Below, one piece after another: positions 10,884 through 20,037 of a DNA stretch of 64,000 bases. Made by a program: the position numbers and the translations under genes. The stretch is taken from contig JAWOHT010000007.1 in assembly GCA_046485045.1 (NCBI GenBank), positions 1,747-65,746 of the forward strand. Reading direction: 5' to 3'. Position 1 is the first letter of the stretch; every line of letters begins with the position of its first letter. Below the pieces are notes generated by a model, which was not told the origin of the DNA, searched no databases, and saw only the letters and a program-made list of their open reading frames with translations. This DNA comes from Bacteroidales bacterium (GTDB lineage Bacteria > Bacteroidota > Bacteroidia > Bacteroidales > UBA10428).

Positions 10884-12140
10884 ATGACTGTTTTATTGTC
10901 TCTTTTCGGAATCATAGCCATAAGCGTTTTGGTGTTTCTTGTTATCATCCTTGCGCTGGTTGCCCTTCTCTTATTTGCAAGAAAAAAACTTATTCCCCAG
11001 GGTGAGGTTTCCATGACCATCAATGATGAAAAAGAGATTAATGTCACCCCGGGCAACTCTATTCTTACAGTTTTGTCAAACAATGGCGTCTTTCTGCCTT
11101 CTGCCTGTGGCGGTGGTGGGACCTGTGGCATGTGCAGGTGTCAGGTATTAGAAGGTGGCGGGTCAATATTGCCAACAGAAACAGGATTTTTTACGAGAAA
11201 AGAACAACAGAATAACTGGCGCCTCGGCTGCCAGGTGAAGGTAAAACAAAACCTGAAGATACATGTTCCCGAAGAGGTTATGGGAATTAAAAAATGGGAG
11301 TGCGAAGTGGTGTCAAACCGAAATGTGGCAACATTTATCAAAGAATTTGTAGTAAAACTACCCGAAGGGGAAAGCCTCAATTTCAAATCGGGAGGATATG
11401 TTCAGATTGATGTACCGAAATACGAGATGAACTTCATGGATATTGAAGTGGAACCGCAGTTCAGGGACGAATGGGATAAGTATAATATGTGGGAACTGAA
11501 GATGAAAAACACCGAAGAGACTTTCAGGGCATACTCCATGGCCAACCACCCTGCCGAAGGAAATATCGTGATGCTGAATATCCGAATCGCCACCCCACCT
11601 TGGGACAGGGCCAAAGGCACATTTATGAGTGTACCGCCGGGTATTTGTTCATCTTATGTCTTTTCAAGAAAACCGGGCGATAAAGTTTCGTTATCAGGGC
11701 CTTACGGAGAATTTTTCATCAAAGACACCAACCGCGAAATGGTATATATCGGCGGAGGTGCAGGAATGGCCCCTTTGCGCTCACATCTCTTTCACCTTTT
11801 CCACACACTTAAGACCAACCGTAAAGTATCGTACTGGTATGGGGCACGATCGAAAAGAGAGATCTTTTACGAAGACCATTTCAGGGAAATAGAAAAGAGG
11901 TTTCCTAACTTTAAATTTAACATTGCCCTTTCAGAACCCTTGTCAGAAGATAAATGGAAAGGATATACCGGATTTATTCACCAGGTACTGTATGATGATT
12001 TTCTTAGTACACACAGCGAGCCCGAAGACATAGAATATTACCTTTGCGGCCCGCCAATGATGAACGATGCGGTGCAGAAGATGCTATATAACCTTGGGGT
12101 GCCGGATGAAATGATAGCGTTTGATGATTTCGGAGGCTGA
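10884..12140 (+). CDS. nqrF: Na+-NQR subunit F
   Basis: 418 aa. N-terminal TM helix, 2Fe-2S ferredoxin motif [19 protein letters not shown]-binding domain ([23 protein letters not shown]). Confidence 0.92.
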   Translation: MTVLLSLFGIIAISVLVFLVIILALVALLLFARKKLIPQGEVSMTINDEKEINVTPGNSILTVLSNNGVFLPSACGGGGTCGMCRCQVLEGGGSILPTETGFFTRKEQQNNWRLGCQVKVKQNLKIHVPEEVMGIKKWECEVVSNRNVATFIKEFVVKLPEGESLNFKSGGYVQIDVPKYEMNFMDIEVEPQFRDEWDKYNMWELKMKNTEETFRAYSMANHPAEGNIVMLNIRIATPPWDRAKGTFMSVPPGICSSYVFSRKPGDKVSLSGPYGEFFIKDTNREMVYIGGGAGMAPLRSHLFHLFHTLKTNRKVSYWYGARSKREIFYEDHFREIEKRFPNFKFNIALSEPLSEDKWKGYTGFIHQVLYDDFLSTHSEPEDIEYYLCGPPMMNDAVQKMLYNLGVPDEMIAFDDFGG

Positions 12141-12149
12141 TCTGAAAAT

Positions 12150-13172
12150 ATGAAAAAAAAAATTGTTAAAGCAATAATTGCATTGGTAATTATCGCGACG
12201 CTTATTATCGCCGGCAGGTATCATTTCCCTCGGTCATATTCTTCTCTTCGCGGCTTTACGCAGGGAACAACCTATCTGGTTACCTATTTAAACAAAGAGG
12301 AAATAAACCTGCAACCTGCGATTGATTCACTTCTTGCAGCCTTCGACACATCGCTTTCTACCTACAATCAGGAATCTGTTATCTCGAAAGTGAATTACAA
12401 CGATACCAATGTTGTGTTGGATGACCGTTTCATTAAGGTTTTTAATAAATCGAGAGAGGTGTACCATGAGTCGGGCGGGGCTTTCGACATAACTGTTGCC
12501 CCGGTTGTAAACGCCTGGGGGTTCGGGTTTACAGACAAAGCAGAAGTCGACAGCGCTTTAATTGACAGCCTGGTGGCATTTGTGGGGATGGATAAGATTA
12601 GAATAGAAAACGGAAAAGTAATTAAAGAATACCCCCAGATTATGCTCGATGTAAATGCCATTGCCCAGGGCTATTCGGCAGATGTGGTTTCTGAATTTCT
12701 CGACCTGAAAGGTATAAAAGACTACCTTGTTGAAATAGGCGGCGAAGTACGCACCAAAGGCAGGAACCCGAAAGGCAGAGACTGGACAATAGGGATTGAT
12801 AAGCCATTGGATAATAATCTGGTTCCGGGAAGTAATTTACAGGCAAAGCTCAGGCTGAAGAACCTGGCTATGGCCACGTCGGGCAATTACCGCAAATTCT
12901 TTGAAGAAAACGGCCAGAAATTTGTGCACTCCATCAACCCAAAGACAGGGTATCCGGTATCAAGCAACCTGCTTAGTGCAACAGTGATAGCAGACGATTG
13001 CATTACAGCCGATGCCTGGGCCACTGCATTTATGGTAATGGGGCTCAGTGAAACCATTGAATTTCTTAACAAACAGGAAAAGTTGCATGCCTACCTCATA
13101 TATAGCGACGAAAACGGGAACCTGAAAACATATTCAACAAATGGCTTGGGGCAATTGATTGAAGAAGAGTAA
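12150..13172 (+). CDS. apbE: FAD:protein FMN transferase (ApbE family)
   Basis: 340 aa, 9 nt after nqrF. ApbE-like motifs GAFDITVAPVVNAWGFG, AMATSGNYRKFF, CITADAWATAF. Confidence 0.85.
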   Translation: MKKKIVKAIIALVIIATLIIAGRYHFPRSYSSLRGFTQGTTYLVTYLNKEEINLQPAIDSLLAAFDTSLSTYNQESVISKVNYNDTNVVLDDRFIKVFNKSREVYHESGGAFDITVAPVVNAWGFGFTDKAEVDSALIDSLVAFVGMDKIRIENGKVIKEYPQIMLDVNAIAQGYSADVVSEFLDLKGIKDYLVEIGGEVRTKGRNPKGRDWTIGIDKPLDNNLVPGSNLQAKLRLKNLAMATSGNYRKFFEENGQKFVHSINPKTGYPVSSNLLSATVIADDCITADAWATAFMVMGLSETIEFLNKQEKLHAYLIYSDENGNLKTYSTNGLGQLIEEE

Positions 13173-13234
13173 GTAAATGAAAAATAACTGAAGTGTCAAT
13201 GGGCGTGAATTCTATTGTCTCCTCAGAATGATGG

Positions 13235-13897
13235 TTAATAACTTCGTCTGAAAACACCACAGTAAAAACTCCTTTCGCCAATGTAAACATAAACATCATT
13301 ATATGAGGAAGTAAGAGGTGGAACAATAACTTTTAAACCGGTCGGGTTCATACTTACAATTTTGGCTGAAACATTATAAAATTTTACTGAAAAAGGTGAT
13401 GGATTTGTACCAAAGTTATCACCGGTTATAGTAACAGTATCACCTGAATGACCTATCGCAGGATACATTCCATAGATATGCAGCGGTAACACTTCAAATG
13501 TCTGTTGACTGCCGTAAACAGTTCCTTTGATATTTGTCAGATATGTATGATATACATTTGTGTAACTGTTGATAGGCGAATAGCTATACTGATAATTGCC
13601 TTTACCGGGAGAACTTCCCAGCGATATTTTATTGCCTGGTTGTGAAGGAAAACGAGTACTGTATGGTGTAGTAATGTTGGGTGTAGTAATGTATGGTGTT
13701 GTTGCACCGATTATAAATCCGTACTCAAGTATTTCGAAAGTACCATCTTCAATAATATTCCCATTAAGAATTACCTCAACAGCAGAGATTGTTTCCGGTT
13801 TCAGGGTTTCAATTCTGGGGTGCACTTCCTTTTCCTCTTCACACATACAGAAGATAAAGACAATAACCGGAAGCATTGCAATACGAACTTTAATCAT
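13235..13897 (-). CDS. IPT/TIG-domain lipoprotein (paralog 2)
   Basis: Track ORF 13235-13963 trimmed to the internal Met (MIKVRIAMLPVIVFIFCMCEEE, lipoprotein-like Cys). This removes the overlap with the upstream gene. IPT/TIG-like block GDTVTITGDNFGTNPSPFSVKFYNVSAKIVSMNPTGLKVIVP. The N-terminal domain is paralogous to the 13914-14804 product. Confidence 0.6.
   Translation of the reverse strand: MIKVRIAMLPVIVFIFCMCEEEKEVHPRIETLKPETISAVEVILNGNIIEDGTFEILEYGFIIGATTPYITTPNITTPYSTRFPSQPGNKISLGSSPGKGNYQYSYSPINSYTNVYHTYLTNIKGTVYGSQQTFEVLPLHIYGMYPAIGHSGDTVTITGDNFGTNPSPFSVKFYNVSAKIVSMNPTGLKVIVPPLTSSYNDVYVYIGERSFYCGVFRRSY
13650..13709 (-). repeat. 15-bp in-frame tandem repeat (about 3 units) encoding ITTPx pentapeptides
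   Basis: ggtgtagtaatgttg / ggtgtagtaatgtat / ggtgttgttgcaccg on the + strand. It encodes ATTPYITTPNITTPYS in paralog 2 and has no counterpart in paralog 1. Confidence 0.6.
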
Positions 13898-13913
13898 TTT
13901 ATGAAAAAAAAAA

Positions 13914-14804
13914 TTAATTAATGATAAACTGCTGCGAAAAAATATAAGGTCCACCTCCCTCATATTCCACTTTTATATTCACAGCTCCTGATAATCCACT
14001 TGGAACGCTAGCAGATACATAACCATATGATGATGCAACAGATGCATAAACCTTAGTAGAATTAAAGTAAACATAGTAAGACCTGCCTCCCAGAAAATTA
14101 CCATAAATGTACAAGGTATTACCGGTAGTTCCTGATTTTGGAAAGAACTCATAAAAATTTGGCAATATGTTCAGGCTCCCGCAATTATAATTATTACCAT
14201 CATTTCTGGTACGAAGGTATATAGTATACCGATTGCTATATGAAGATTCATAGAAAGAGTTTACCACAAACCGGGCATAAGTATCATTAGCTTCTATCAC
14301 AAGACTTTCATACGAGCCTATTGTTACCTTTAAAGAGCCGGGGCTGGTACCCAGGTTTCTTCCAAAAATGGTTACGGTATCCCCAACACTCACAACATAC
14401 TTATTCATACCAGAAATACTAACAGGCAAAAAATCTATCTGTTTTGTATCCCCATATATTGTGCCTTCAGTATTGGTAATATATGTCATATAATAGTAAT
14501 TCGAAAAATTGCCAATACTTGAGTATTTGTATTCATAAATGCCATTTTCAGGATTATTGCCCAATGAAATAATGTAACCCGAAGAGCTTGATGAGTTGGT
14601 TTTTACAACAAAACCATAATCAAGGATTTCAAATGAACCTTTTTGAATTACTGATCCCCTCAGCAGTGCTTCTGTTCCTGAAACTGTAGCCGGCGATAAA
14701 GTTCTTATTTCAGGGTGTTCGTCTTCTTTTTCACACGCGACAGATAGAATAACAGAAAAAATAATAAGGCTGATTACTGTTAACTTATTAATAATTTTTT
14801 TCAT
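13914..14804 (-). CDS. IPT/TIG-domain lipoprotein (paralog 1, two IPT-like repeats)
   Basis: 296 aa with a lipoprotein signal (SVILSVACEKED). IPT-like blocks VGDTVTIFGRNLGTSPGSLKVTIG and SGTTGNTLYIYGNFLGG...VPSGLSGAVNIKV. The N-terminal domain (HPEIRTLSPATVSGTEALLRGSVIQKGSFEILDYGFVV) matches paralog 2 (HPRIETLKPETISAVEVILNGNIIEDGTFEILEYGFII). Confidence 0.6.
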   Translation of the reverse strand: MKKIINKLTVISLIIFSVILSVACEKEDEHPEIRTLSPATVSGTEALLRGSVIQKGSFEILDYGFVVKTNSSSSSGYIISLGNNPENGIYEYKYSSIGNFSNYYYMTYITNTEGTIYGDTKQIDFLPVSISGMNKYVVSVGDTVTIFGRNLGTSPGSLKVTIGSYESLVIEANDTYARFVVNSFYESSYSNRYTIYLRTRNDGNNYNCGSLNILPNFYEFFPKSGTTGNTLYIYGNFLGGRSYYVYFNSTKVYASVASSYGYVSASVPSGLSGAVNIKVEYEGGGPYIFSQQFIIN

Positions 14805-14815
14805 AGCATCAAATA

Positions 14816-15574
14816 TTAAAAAATGTAACCCAGGCGAATACCATTGATGAGTGATGGCCCAAATTTAAAGTCATTTGCATCGTTTTCATCAGGCACTGTA
14901 ATTGATGGAAAGCTATTGCCGGAAGTGCTTTTTATGTCTATTTCATATTCCATCTTTTTATATATGATATATTTTCCTCCCAGATTGAATTCATAACCCA
15001 GGTAGAGGTTCTTACTTATATAAAAATCGAAACCGGTGAGCAAGTTAAGCCCAAATGAATAATTTGCATTATTACCAATTCTTGTTGTTGTAGTATAGTA
15101 TCCCTGATTAGTCAGAATGGTTTCAGTTTTAAAAGTAACATTTGTATAGGTCGTTTTGGAATCCTGGTTTTCAATAATATTTTTTGTCCACGAATCTGTA
15201 AATGTAAAATCAAACCCGATATATGGTGACAAACGTTTTGTTCCGGAGAAATGTTTTTCCCGGCCAAAAGACAAGGCTATTTCATAAATATTTGATTTAT
15301 TCTTGTAGTCTCTTGGAGTGGTATTGTATATAAATTCTGATGACTCATCATGAGTTTCAACGTTGAACATAAATCCAAAACGGTAACATTTATTACTCTT
15401 GTCAAAAAATCTCAGCTTAATCTGGTTGATAGAATTGTTAAAGCTGAGTTCTCCCTGCAACAAATTAACATTTAGCTCAGTAGAAATATTGCCTATCCCT
15501 GCTTTCAGGGTATCCTGCGATTTAAGGTTAAGCGCGGTAAAAAGCGTTAGCAAAACAATGATAGTTCTTTTCAT
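14816..15574 (-). CDS. outer-membrane beta-barrel protein (porin-family-like)
   Basis: 252 aa with a signal peptide. Alternating hydrophobic/aromatic beta-strand pattern, C-terminal GIRLGYIF ending in Phe. 11 nt upstream of the first IPT/TIG gene on the same strand. Confidence 0.55.
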   Translation of the reverse strand: MKRTIIVLLTLFTALNLKSQDTLKAGIGNISTELNVNLLQGELSFNNSINQIKLRFFDKSNKCYRFGFMFNVETHDESSEFIYNTTPRDYKNKSNIYEIALSFGREKHFSGTKRLSPYIGFDFTFTDSWTKNIIENQDSKTTYTNVTFKTETILTNQGYYTTTTRIGNNANYSFGLNLLTGFDFYISKNLYLGYEFNLGGKYIIYKKMEYEIDIKSTSGNSFPSITVPDENDANDFKFGPSLINGIRLGYIF

Positions 15575-15743
15575 ATAAGTTATTAGCTTTTAGGTGTCTG
15601 GAAAATAATAGCATTTCTTTTTAAGGCGAATTATATTTTTAAAAAAAAGTGCGGGTTAAATATAAAAAAAATATTACAATTACTTTGCAAAAATTCATCA
15701 AATGTAAAATTTAACGAAAAAGCCAACCATCCCCCGGTTCCTC

Positions 15744-15778
15744 AAAAAAAAAGATTGATTAGAATAATCCAATCAATC
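15744..15778 (-). terminator. rho-independent terminator downstream of tRNA-Gly
   Basis: Minus-strand RNA reads GAUUGAUUGGAUUAUUCUAAUCAAUC followed by U9. Stem of 8-11 bp. Confidence 0.7.
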
Positions 15779-15790
15779 AATTAATTTTTG

Positions 15791-15863
15791 AGCGGGAAAC
15801 GGGATTCGAACCCGCGACCTAAAGCTTGGGAAGCTTTCACTCTACCAACTGAGCTATTCCCGC
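15791..15863 (-). tRNA. tRNA-Gly (anticodon CCC)
   Basis: Reverse complement GCGGGAATAGCTCAGTTGGTAGAGTGAAAGCTTCCCAAGCTTTAGGTCGCGGGTTCGAATCCCGTTTCCCGCT folds as a cloverleaf. Acceptor GCGGGAA/TTCCCGC, anticodon stem AAAGC/GCTTT, loop TTCCCAA, T-loop TTCGAAT. No encoded CCA. Confidence 0.92.
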
Positions 15864-15982
15864 AATTATGACGGTCAAAAATATAAAAAAAATTAATATT
15901 AATACCCCATACTTTCAAATAATAATCATCAACTCCCTCAATCTCCTATCAATCTCAAATCGATAAATCTCTCAATAAAAAG

Positions 15983-16055
15983 AGCCTCTCACGGGACTCG
16001 AACCCGCGACCTGCTCATTACGAATGAGCTGCTCTACCAACTGAGCTAAAGAGGC
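15983..16055 (-). tRNA. tRNA-Thr (anticodon CGT)
   Basis: Reverse complement GCCTCTTTAGCTCAGTTGGTAGAGCAGCTCATTCGTAATGAGCAGGTCGCGGGTTCGAGTCCCGTGAGAGGCT. Anticodon stem GCTCA/TGAGC, loop TTCGTAA, T-loop TTCGAGT. Confidence 0.92.
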
Positions 16056-17299
16056 TTATGAAATGAAGCAAATGCTTTAAGAGCCTTTACACGCTGTAAC
16101 AGCGTGGGGTGCGAATAATAGAAAAATACATAGGCAGGATGGGGGGTAAGGTTTGTAAGGTTCTTCTGCGAAAGTTTTTTGAGTGCCGATATTAAATGCA
16201 GTGCATGGTAATGTCTGGCTGCGAATTTGTCGGCAGTGTATTCATTTCTTCGTGAGAAAACATTCAAAACAAGACCCGAAACAAGCGCAATCGGACTGTA
16301 TAAAATCCCGAATGCGACCAACGCCAGGTGAAAACTTGGCTGGCCGGACCCAAGGGCATGCGAAAGTTGCGGACTGTCAACCAGCAGAGAAAAAATAAAC
16401 AGGGTAACCGCTGTCTGAAAGATTCCTGTTGCCAATCCAATAAGGGTATGCTTCTTTTTATAATGACCGATTTCATGGGCCAGTACAGCTACAATCTCAT
16501 TTACAGAGAGATCGTTGATAAGGGTATCATAAAGTACAATTCTTTTTTTTGTTCCCAGTCCGGTGAAATATGCGTTTGACTTGGTTGATCGCTTCGACCC
16601 GTCTATCACATAGATGTTTTTTAGCTTAAATCCGGCCTTTTTGCTGAATTCTTCAATGGCATTCTTTAGTTCTCCTTCATCCAAAGGTTTTTGTTTGTTG
16701 AAAAGAGGTACAATCAGGTTGGAATAGAACATGCTCATGAAAATACTAAAGGCCGTAAAGGCGATAAGTGCATAAATCCAGAACATCTGGCGGGTTTGTA
16801 AATAAAACCAGATGATTAAAGAGAGCAGCCCTCCGCCTATAATTGCACCAAGCAACCATCCTTTTAGTTTATCGAGAATGAATATTTTCACCGTAGTTTT
16901 ATTAAAACCGAATTTTTCCTCGATAACAAACGTATCGTAGAGTGCGAATGGTATATTAATAATATCTGAAGCCAGCATAAGCAGCCCAAAAAAGATAAGC
17001 GCTACCACGATGGGGTGAACAGAATATTGCCTTGCAATTTCATCGACAAAGTTAAACCCTCCCATAAAAAACATCAACATTATGATAACAAAGCTAAAAC
17101 TGCTTGTAATCATAGAGAATTTATCATTGGCCCTTTTATATTTCTGTGATTTCTTATATTGTTCTTCGTCAAACACGTCTTTTAAATCTTCCGGAAGAGT
17201 GGTATTCATTCTGGATGTGTTGAGAATACTTAGCACCCGCTCAAGAATGAAGTCAAAAACAGTGATGCCTATAATGATGTAAAAAACCGTATTATACAT
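16046..17299 (-). CDS. M48 family (Ste24/CAAX-protease-type) integral membrane zinc metallopeptidase
   Basis: 417 aa with multiple TM helices. HEIGHYKKKH (HExxH) zinc motif, downstream NEYTADKFA, C-terminal HPTLLQR. The last 10 nt including the TAG stop lie inside tRNA-Thr. Confidence 0.8.
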   Translation of the reverse strand: MYNTVFYIIIGITVFDFILERVLSILNTSRMNTTLPEDLKDVFDEEQYKKSQKYKRANDKFSMITSSFSFVIIMLMFFMGGFNFVDEIARQYSVHPIVVALIFFGLLMLASDIINIPFALYDTFVIEEKFGFNKTTVKIFILDKLKGWLLGAIIGGGLLSLIIWFYLQTRQMFWIYALIAFTAFSIFMSMFYSNLIVPLFNKQKPLDEGELKNAIEEFSKKAGFKLKNIYVIDGSKRSTKSNAYFTGLGTKKRIVLYDTLINDLSVNEIVAVLAHEIGHYKKKHTLIGLATGIFQTAVTLFIFSLLVDSPQLSHALGSGQPSFHLALVAFGILYSPIALVSGLVLNVFSRRNEYTADKFAARHYHALHLISALKKLSQKNLTNLTPHPAYVFFYYSHPTLLQRVKALKAFASFHKPL

Positions 17300-17350
17300 A
17301 TGTCAAAATTATTGAGGTGCAAAAATAACAATATTAATATGAATTATGAT

Positions 17351-18376
17351 TTATTCTGTGCCCATCTGTTTGTCAAGATATCTGTAATGCTTTAGCCTGG
17401 TTTCAATTATTTTCCTGTATTGTTTTGAGAGGTTGGTGGTTTTTATTGAATCCGACATTTCAATCCATTCAAGCGCTACCTCTGGCAAATTCTGTAGCTC
17501 GCACACCAGGGCCATATTTAAAGCAGCCTTTGCAGAAACGGTTTTATTCTTCAGATCAACGGCTTTGCGCCAGTATTCAGCCGCTTCAATCCATGATTCC
17601 CTCCTGGCATGCCATGCCCCCTGCCTGAGCAACTTGTTGTTGCTGGCATAATACACTCTTACAATATCATCCTGCCATACAGGCGCTATGCCATCTACTG
17701 CTTTTTGTCCCGTTTCATAAAATAATTGCACAATAAGGTCTCCCCCTTCAGGAAGCTGGTTCAAAGCCATATTGCAGTCATTGCCCACCTCGGAATATTT
17801 AAGCAAATGGGAGTCTGAATGCCGGTAAAGAATCTCAAGTTGCCGCGGATAGTAAAGAGAATATTGCAGATTGATTTTAATATGGTACTCAACAAAACAC
17901 GATTCTTCAAACGGAATGATGCTAAGAGAATCTTTTAGCACGAAAGAATCAACCAATAAAAGTGCATCACACGAATCGTTACGACATATCCGTATAATAT
18001 CATTCCAGTTTGGTTCCCTGGTGCTTTTGATCGCTCTGAAATCGCTGTTCTTTGATATTATTACCGAATCGAATTTGGGAGATTGAACCAGTTCGTCGCG
18101 CATGCCATAGAGCATATCTTTGGCAAGCATGTAATAGTTGAACCCGGGATCGAGTTTAAGATTATTGATTGAATCAAGCCTGCCTTTAGGCATTGTAAAT
18201 TCGTTCTGTATCAATGCAAGCGATATTTTTTTTACATCTGTTGGAATTGGAGCATTCCCGGGTATAAGGGCACTAATTTTGGTAACCGAATATGGGCTGC
18301 AGGCACTAACTGCAGCAATAATGATAAAGAAAATGATCTTTTTAAAACTGATAGTATTTTTAATAAAATGAACCAT
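17351..18376 (-). CDS. lipoprotein with C-terminal TPR-like helical repeats (uncharacterised Bacteroidota family)
   Basis: 341 aa with a lipoprotein signal (IIAAVSACSPYS). C-terminal helical repeat GAWHARRESWIEAAEYWRKAVDL...AALNMALVCELQNLPEVALEWIE. Confidence 0.45.
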   Translation of the reverse strand: MVHFIKNTISFKKIIFFIIIAAVSACSPYSVTKISALIPGNAPIPTDVKKISLALIQNEFTMPKGRLDSINNLKLDPGFNYYMLAKDMLYGMRDELVQSPKFDSVIISKNSDFRAIKSTREPNWNDIIRICRNDSCDALLLVDSFVLKDSLSIIPFEESCFVEYHIKINLQYSLYYPRQLEILYRHSDSHLLKYSEVGNDCNMALNQLPEGGDLIVQLFYETGQKAVDGIAPVWQDDIVRVYYASNNKLLRQGAWHARRESWIEAAEYWRKAVDLKNKTVSAKAALNMALVCELQNLPEVALEWIEMSDSIKTTNLSKQYRKIIETRLKHYRYLDKQMGTE

Positions 18377-18442
18377 CTTAATTAAATTTCAGATATTTAA
18401 ACACAGAGTATAAAAGATGAATATTGTCTTTAAGGTCATAGA

Positions 18443-18715
18443 TCATCCGAATTTATACCTTTTTTTTATGGCTTTATCTATTTTCCATTTGCATTCAAGT
18501 CCCTTTTCAAACTCTACCCAGTCGCCAGGCCCAAAACTTATTGTGCTTCCGTCATTACCGGTAACAACAGCATTTCCTTCCAGTATCAGGCAGGTTTCCT
18601 TATCATCGTAATACCACTGGAATACTGACGGCTCTTTGCTCCAGATACTCCATGATTCGGTGAGTGCAATCTCTTTTTCAGAAGGTTTTTTTACTTTCAT
18701 CATATTTACAAGCAT
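18443..18715 (-). CDS. small cupin-fold protein (DUF861/cupin_3-like)
   Basis: 90-aa ORF. WSKEPSVFQWYYDDKETCLILEGNAVVTGNDGSTISFGPGDWVEFEKGLECKWKI fits the single-domain cupin_3 pattern. The true start may be the internal MKVKK. Confidence 0.55.
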   Translation of the reverse strand: MLVNMMKVKKPSEKEIALTESWSIWSKEPSVFQWYYDDKETCLILEGNAVVTGNDGSTISFGPGDWVEFEKGLECKWKIDKAIKKRYKFG

Positions 18716-18805
18716 TTTTTCTCAAATTTAACCGATAAAATTATATAAGAATAAGTTTGCAGATAGTTTGTGATTTATATATTTTCAACAATCAAATTTA
18801 CAGTG

Positions 18806-19333
18806 ATGAACTTTAAAGAACAACTTGCCGACAGCTCTATGATTATTGGTGAAATGGTGGCTGCCAGCGTGGGTTGCAATGCCGGATATTACAGCGAAAT
18901 TTTAGACCTTGTCTTAAATGAACCCATGCCTATGTCTTCAAGGGCCGGAAGGGTACTGAATATTTGTACATCTAATTGTACCGGTATTTTTAAACCACAT
19001 GTGCCCAAAGTAATAAACCATATAAGAAAAAGAGGTAATATTCATCGTTGTATTTTAAAAATATTGGCAGACCAGTACTTTGACCTCACTACCAGTCAGG
19101 AGGGCGTACTGGTTGACGCTTGTTTCAACTGGCTTGCCGATGAAAGACAAGCTGTCGCCATAAAAGCATACAGCATGGATATTCTTGAACGGTTTGCAAT
19201 GAAAGAGCCAGAAATCATTCCAGAACTCACAGGGCTATTGGAAGATGCCTCGAGAAGGGGTTCTTCAGGAATCAGAAACAAAGCATCCAAAATGATGAAA
19301 CGGTTGTCGGCTTTGCGTTTTAATGATGCCTGA
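18806..19333 (+). CDS. hypothetical all-alpha (HEAT/ARM-like) protein
   Basis: Track ORF 18770-19333 trimmed to MNFKEQL. No recognisable catalytic motif. Its 3' end overlaps the convergent HAD gene by 14 nt. Confidence 0.4.
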   Translation: MNFKEQLADSSMIIGEMVAASVGCNAGYYSEILDLVLNEPMPMSSRAGRVLNICTSNCTGIFKPHVPKVINHIRKRGNIHRCILKILADQYFDLTTSQEGVLVDACFNWLADERQAVAIKAYSMDILERFAMKEPEIIPELTGLLEDASRRGSSGIRNKASKMMKRLSALRFNDA

Positions 19334-19982
19334 GCAGTATATCTGTCAGTTCGTTAACATCTCCTGCAATAAAGTCAGGCGCTGCCTGCAGAATTTCTTC
19401 TTCCGATCCGTAGCCATAAACCACCCCGACAGATTGAATTCCACATTCACGGGCAGCCTGTATGTCCATACTTTTATCCCCTACCATAACAGTCGAATTT
19501 CCGGTTTCAATAGAATAGGTACTCAAAAGTTTTTTCACCAGCAATGTTTTTCCCGCATTGGCTCCTGCTGCATCAGCCCCGGCCACTCCTTTGAAATAAT
19601 CTTTAATTTTAAAATGTTCAAGGATAAGAATGGCGTTTGACTCAAGTTTGGCGGTGGCAATGTATAACAGCGACCCGGAGTATAATACATCAAGAAGGCT
19701 GGTAATTCCATCATATAGTTTATTCTCATAAACCCCTTTTTGACGGTAATAGGTACGAAAATTTTTCACAGCTTCGTCAAGGCAGTCCCCGGTAATAGAG
19801 AAATGATCCTTAAACAACTCCTGTAACGGGATACCAATATAATTTACAAGCTTTTCTTTTGCCCCGGGGTCTATTCCAAGTGACTTAAGTGAATATACCA
19901 ATGCATTAAGAATGCCTTCCTGTGAATCAGTCAGTGTTCCGTCAAGGTCGAAAATAACATGCTTATAAAAAGGTTCTTTCAT
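19320..19982 (-). CDS. HAD-superfamily hydrolase (phosphoglycolate phosphatase-like)
   Basis: 220 aa. Motif I VIFDLDGTLTDS, motif III/IV K...MVGDKSMDIQAA. Confidence 0.8.
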   Translation of the reverse strand: MKEPFYKHVIFDLDGTLTDSQEGILNALVYSLKSLGIDPGAKEKLVNYIGIPLQELFKDHFSITGDCLDEAVKNFRTYYRQKGVYENKLYDGITSLLDVLYSGSLLYIATAKLESNAILILEHFKIKDYFKGVAGADAAGANAGKTLLVKKLLSTYSIETGNSTVMVGDKSMDIQAARECGIQSVGVVYGYGSEEEILQAAPDFIAGDVNELTDILLRHH

Positions 19983-20037
19983 TGGGTTGCAAATATATCA
20001 TTCCTTTCTTATAAATTTGCATATAAAAGTTCAGTTC

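Noticed and set aside
13898-13963. Upstream extension of the second IPT/TIG ORF that overlaps the first paralog by 50 nt
   Set aside because: The internal Met gives a proper lipoprotein signal peptide and removes the overlap. The extension (MREVDLIFFRSSLSLINFFFHK) is not signal-like.
15791-16055. tRNA-Gly/tRNA-Thr pair next to the AT-rich surface operon, considered as a genomic-island integration site
   Set aside because: No integrase, recombinase or direct repeat of a tRNA 3' end was seen on either side. The evidence is limited to composition and position.
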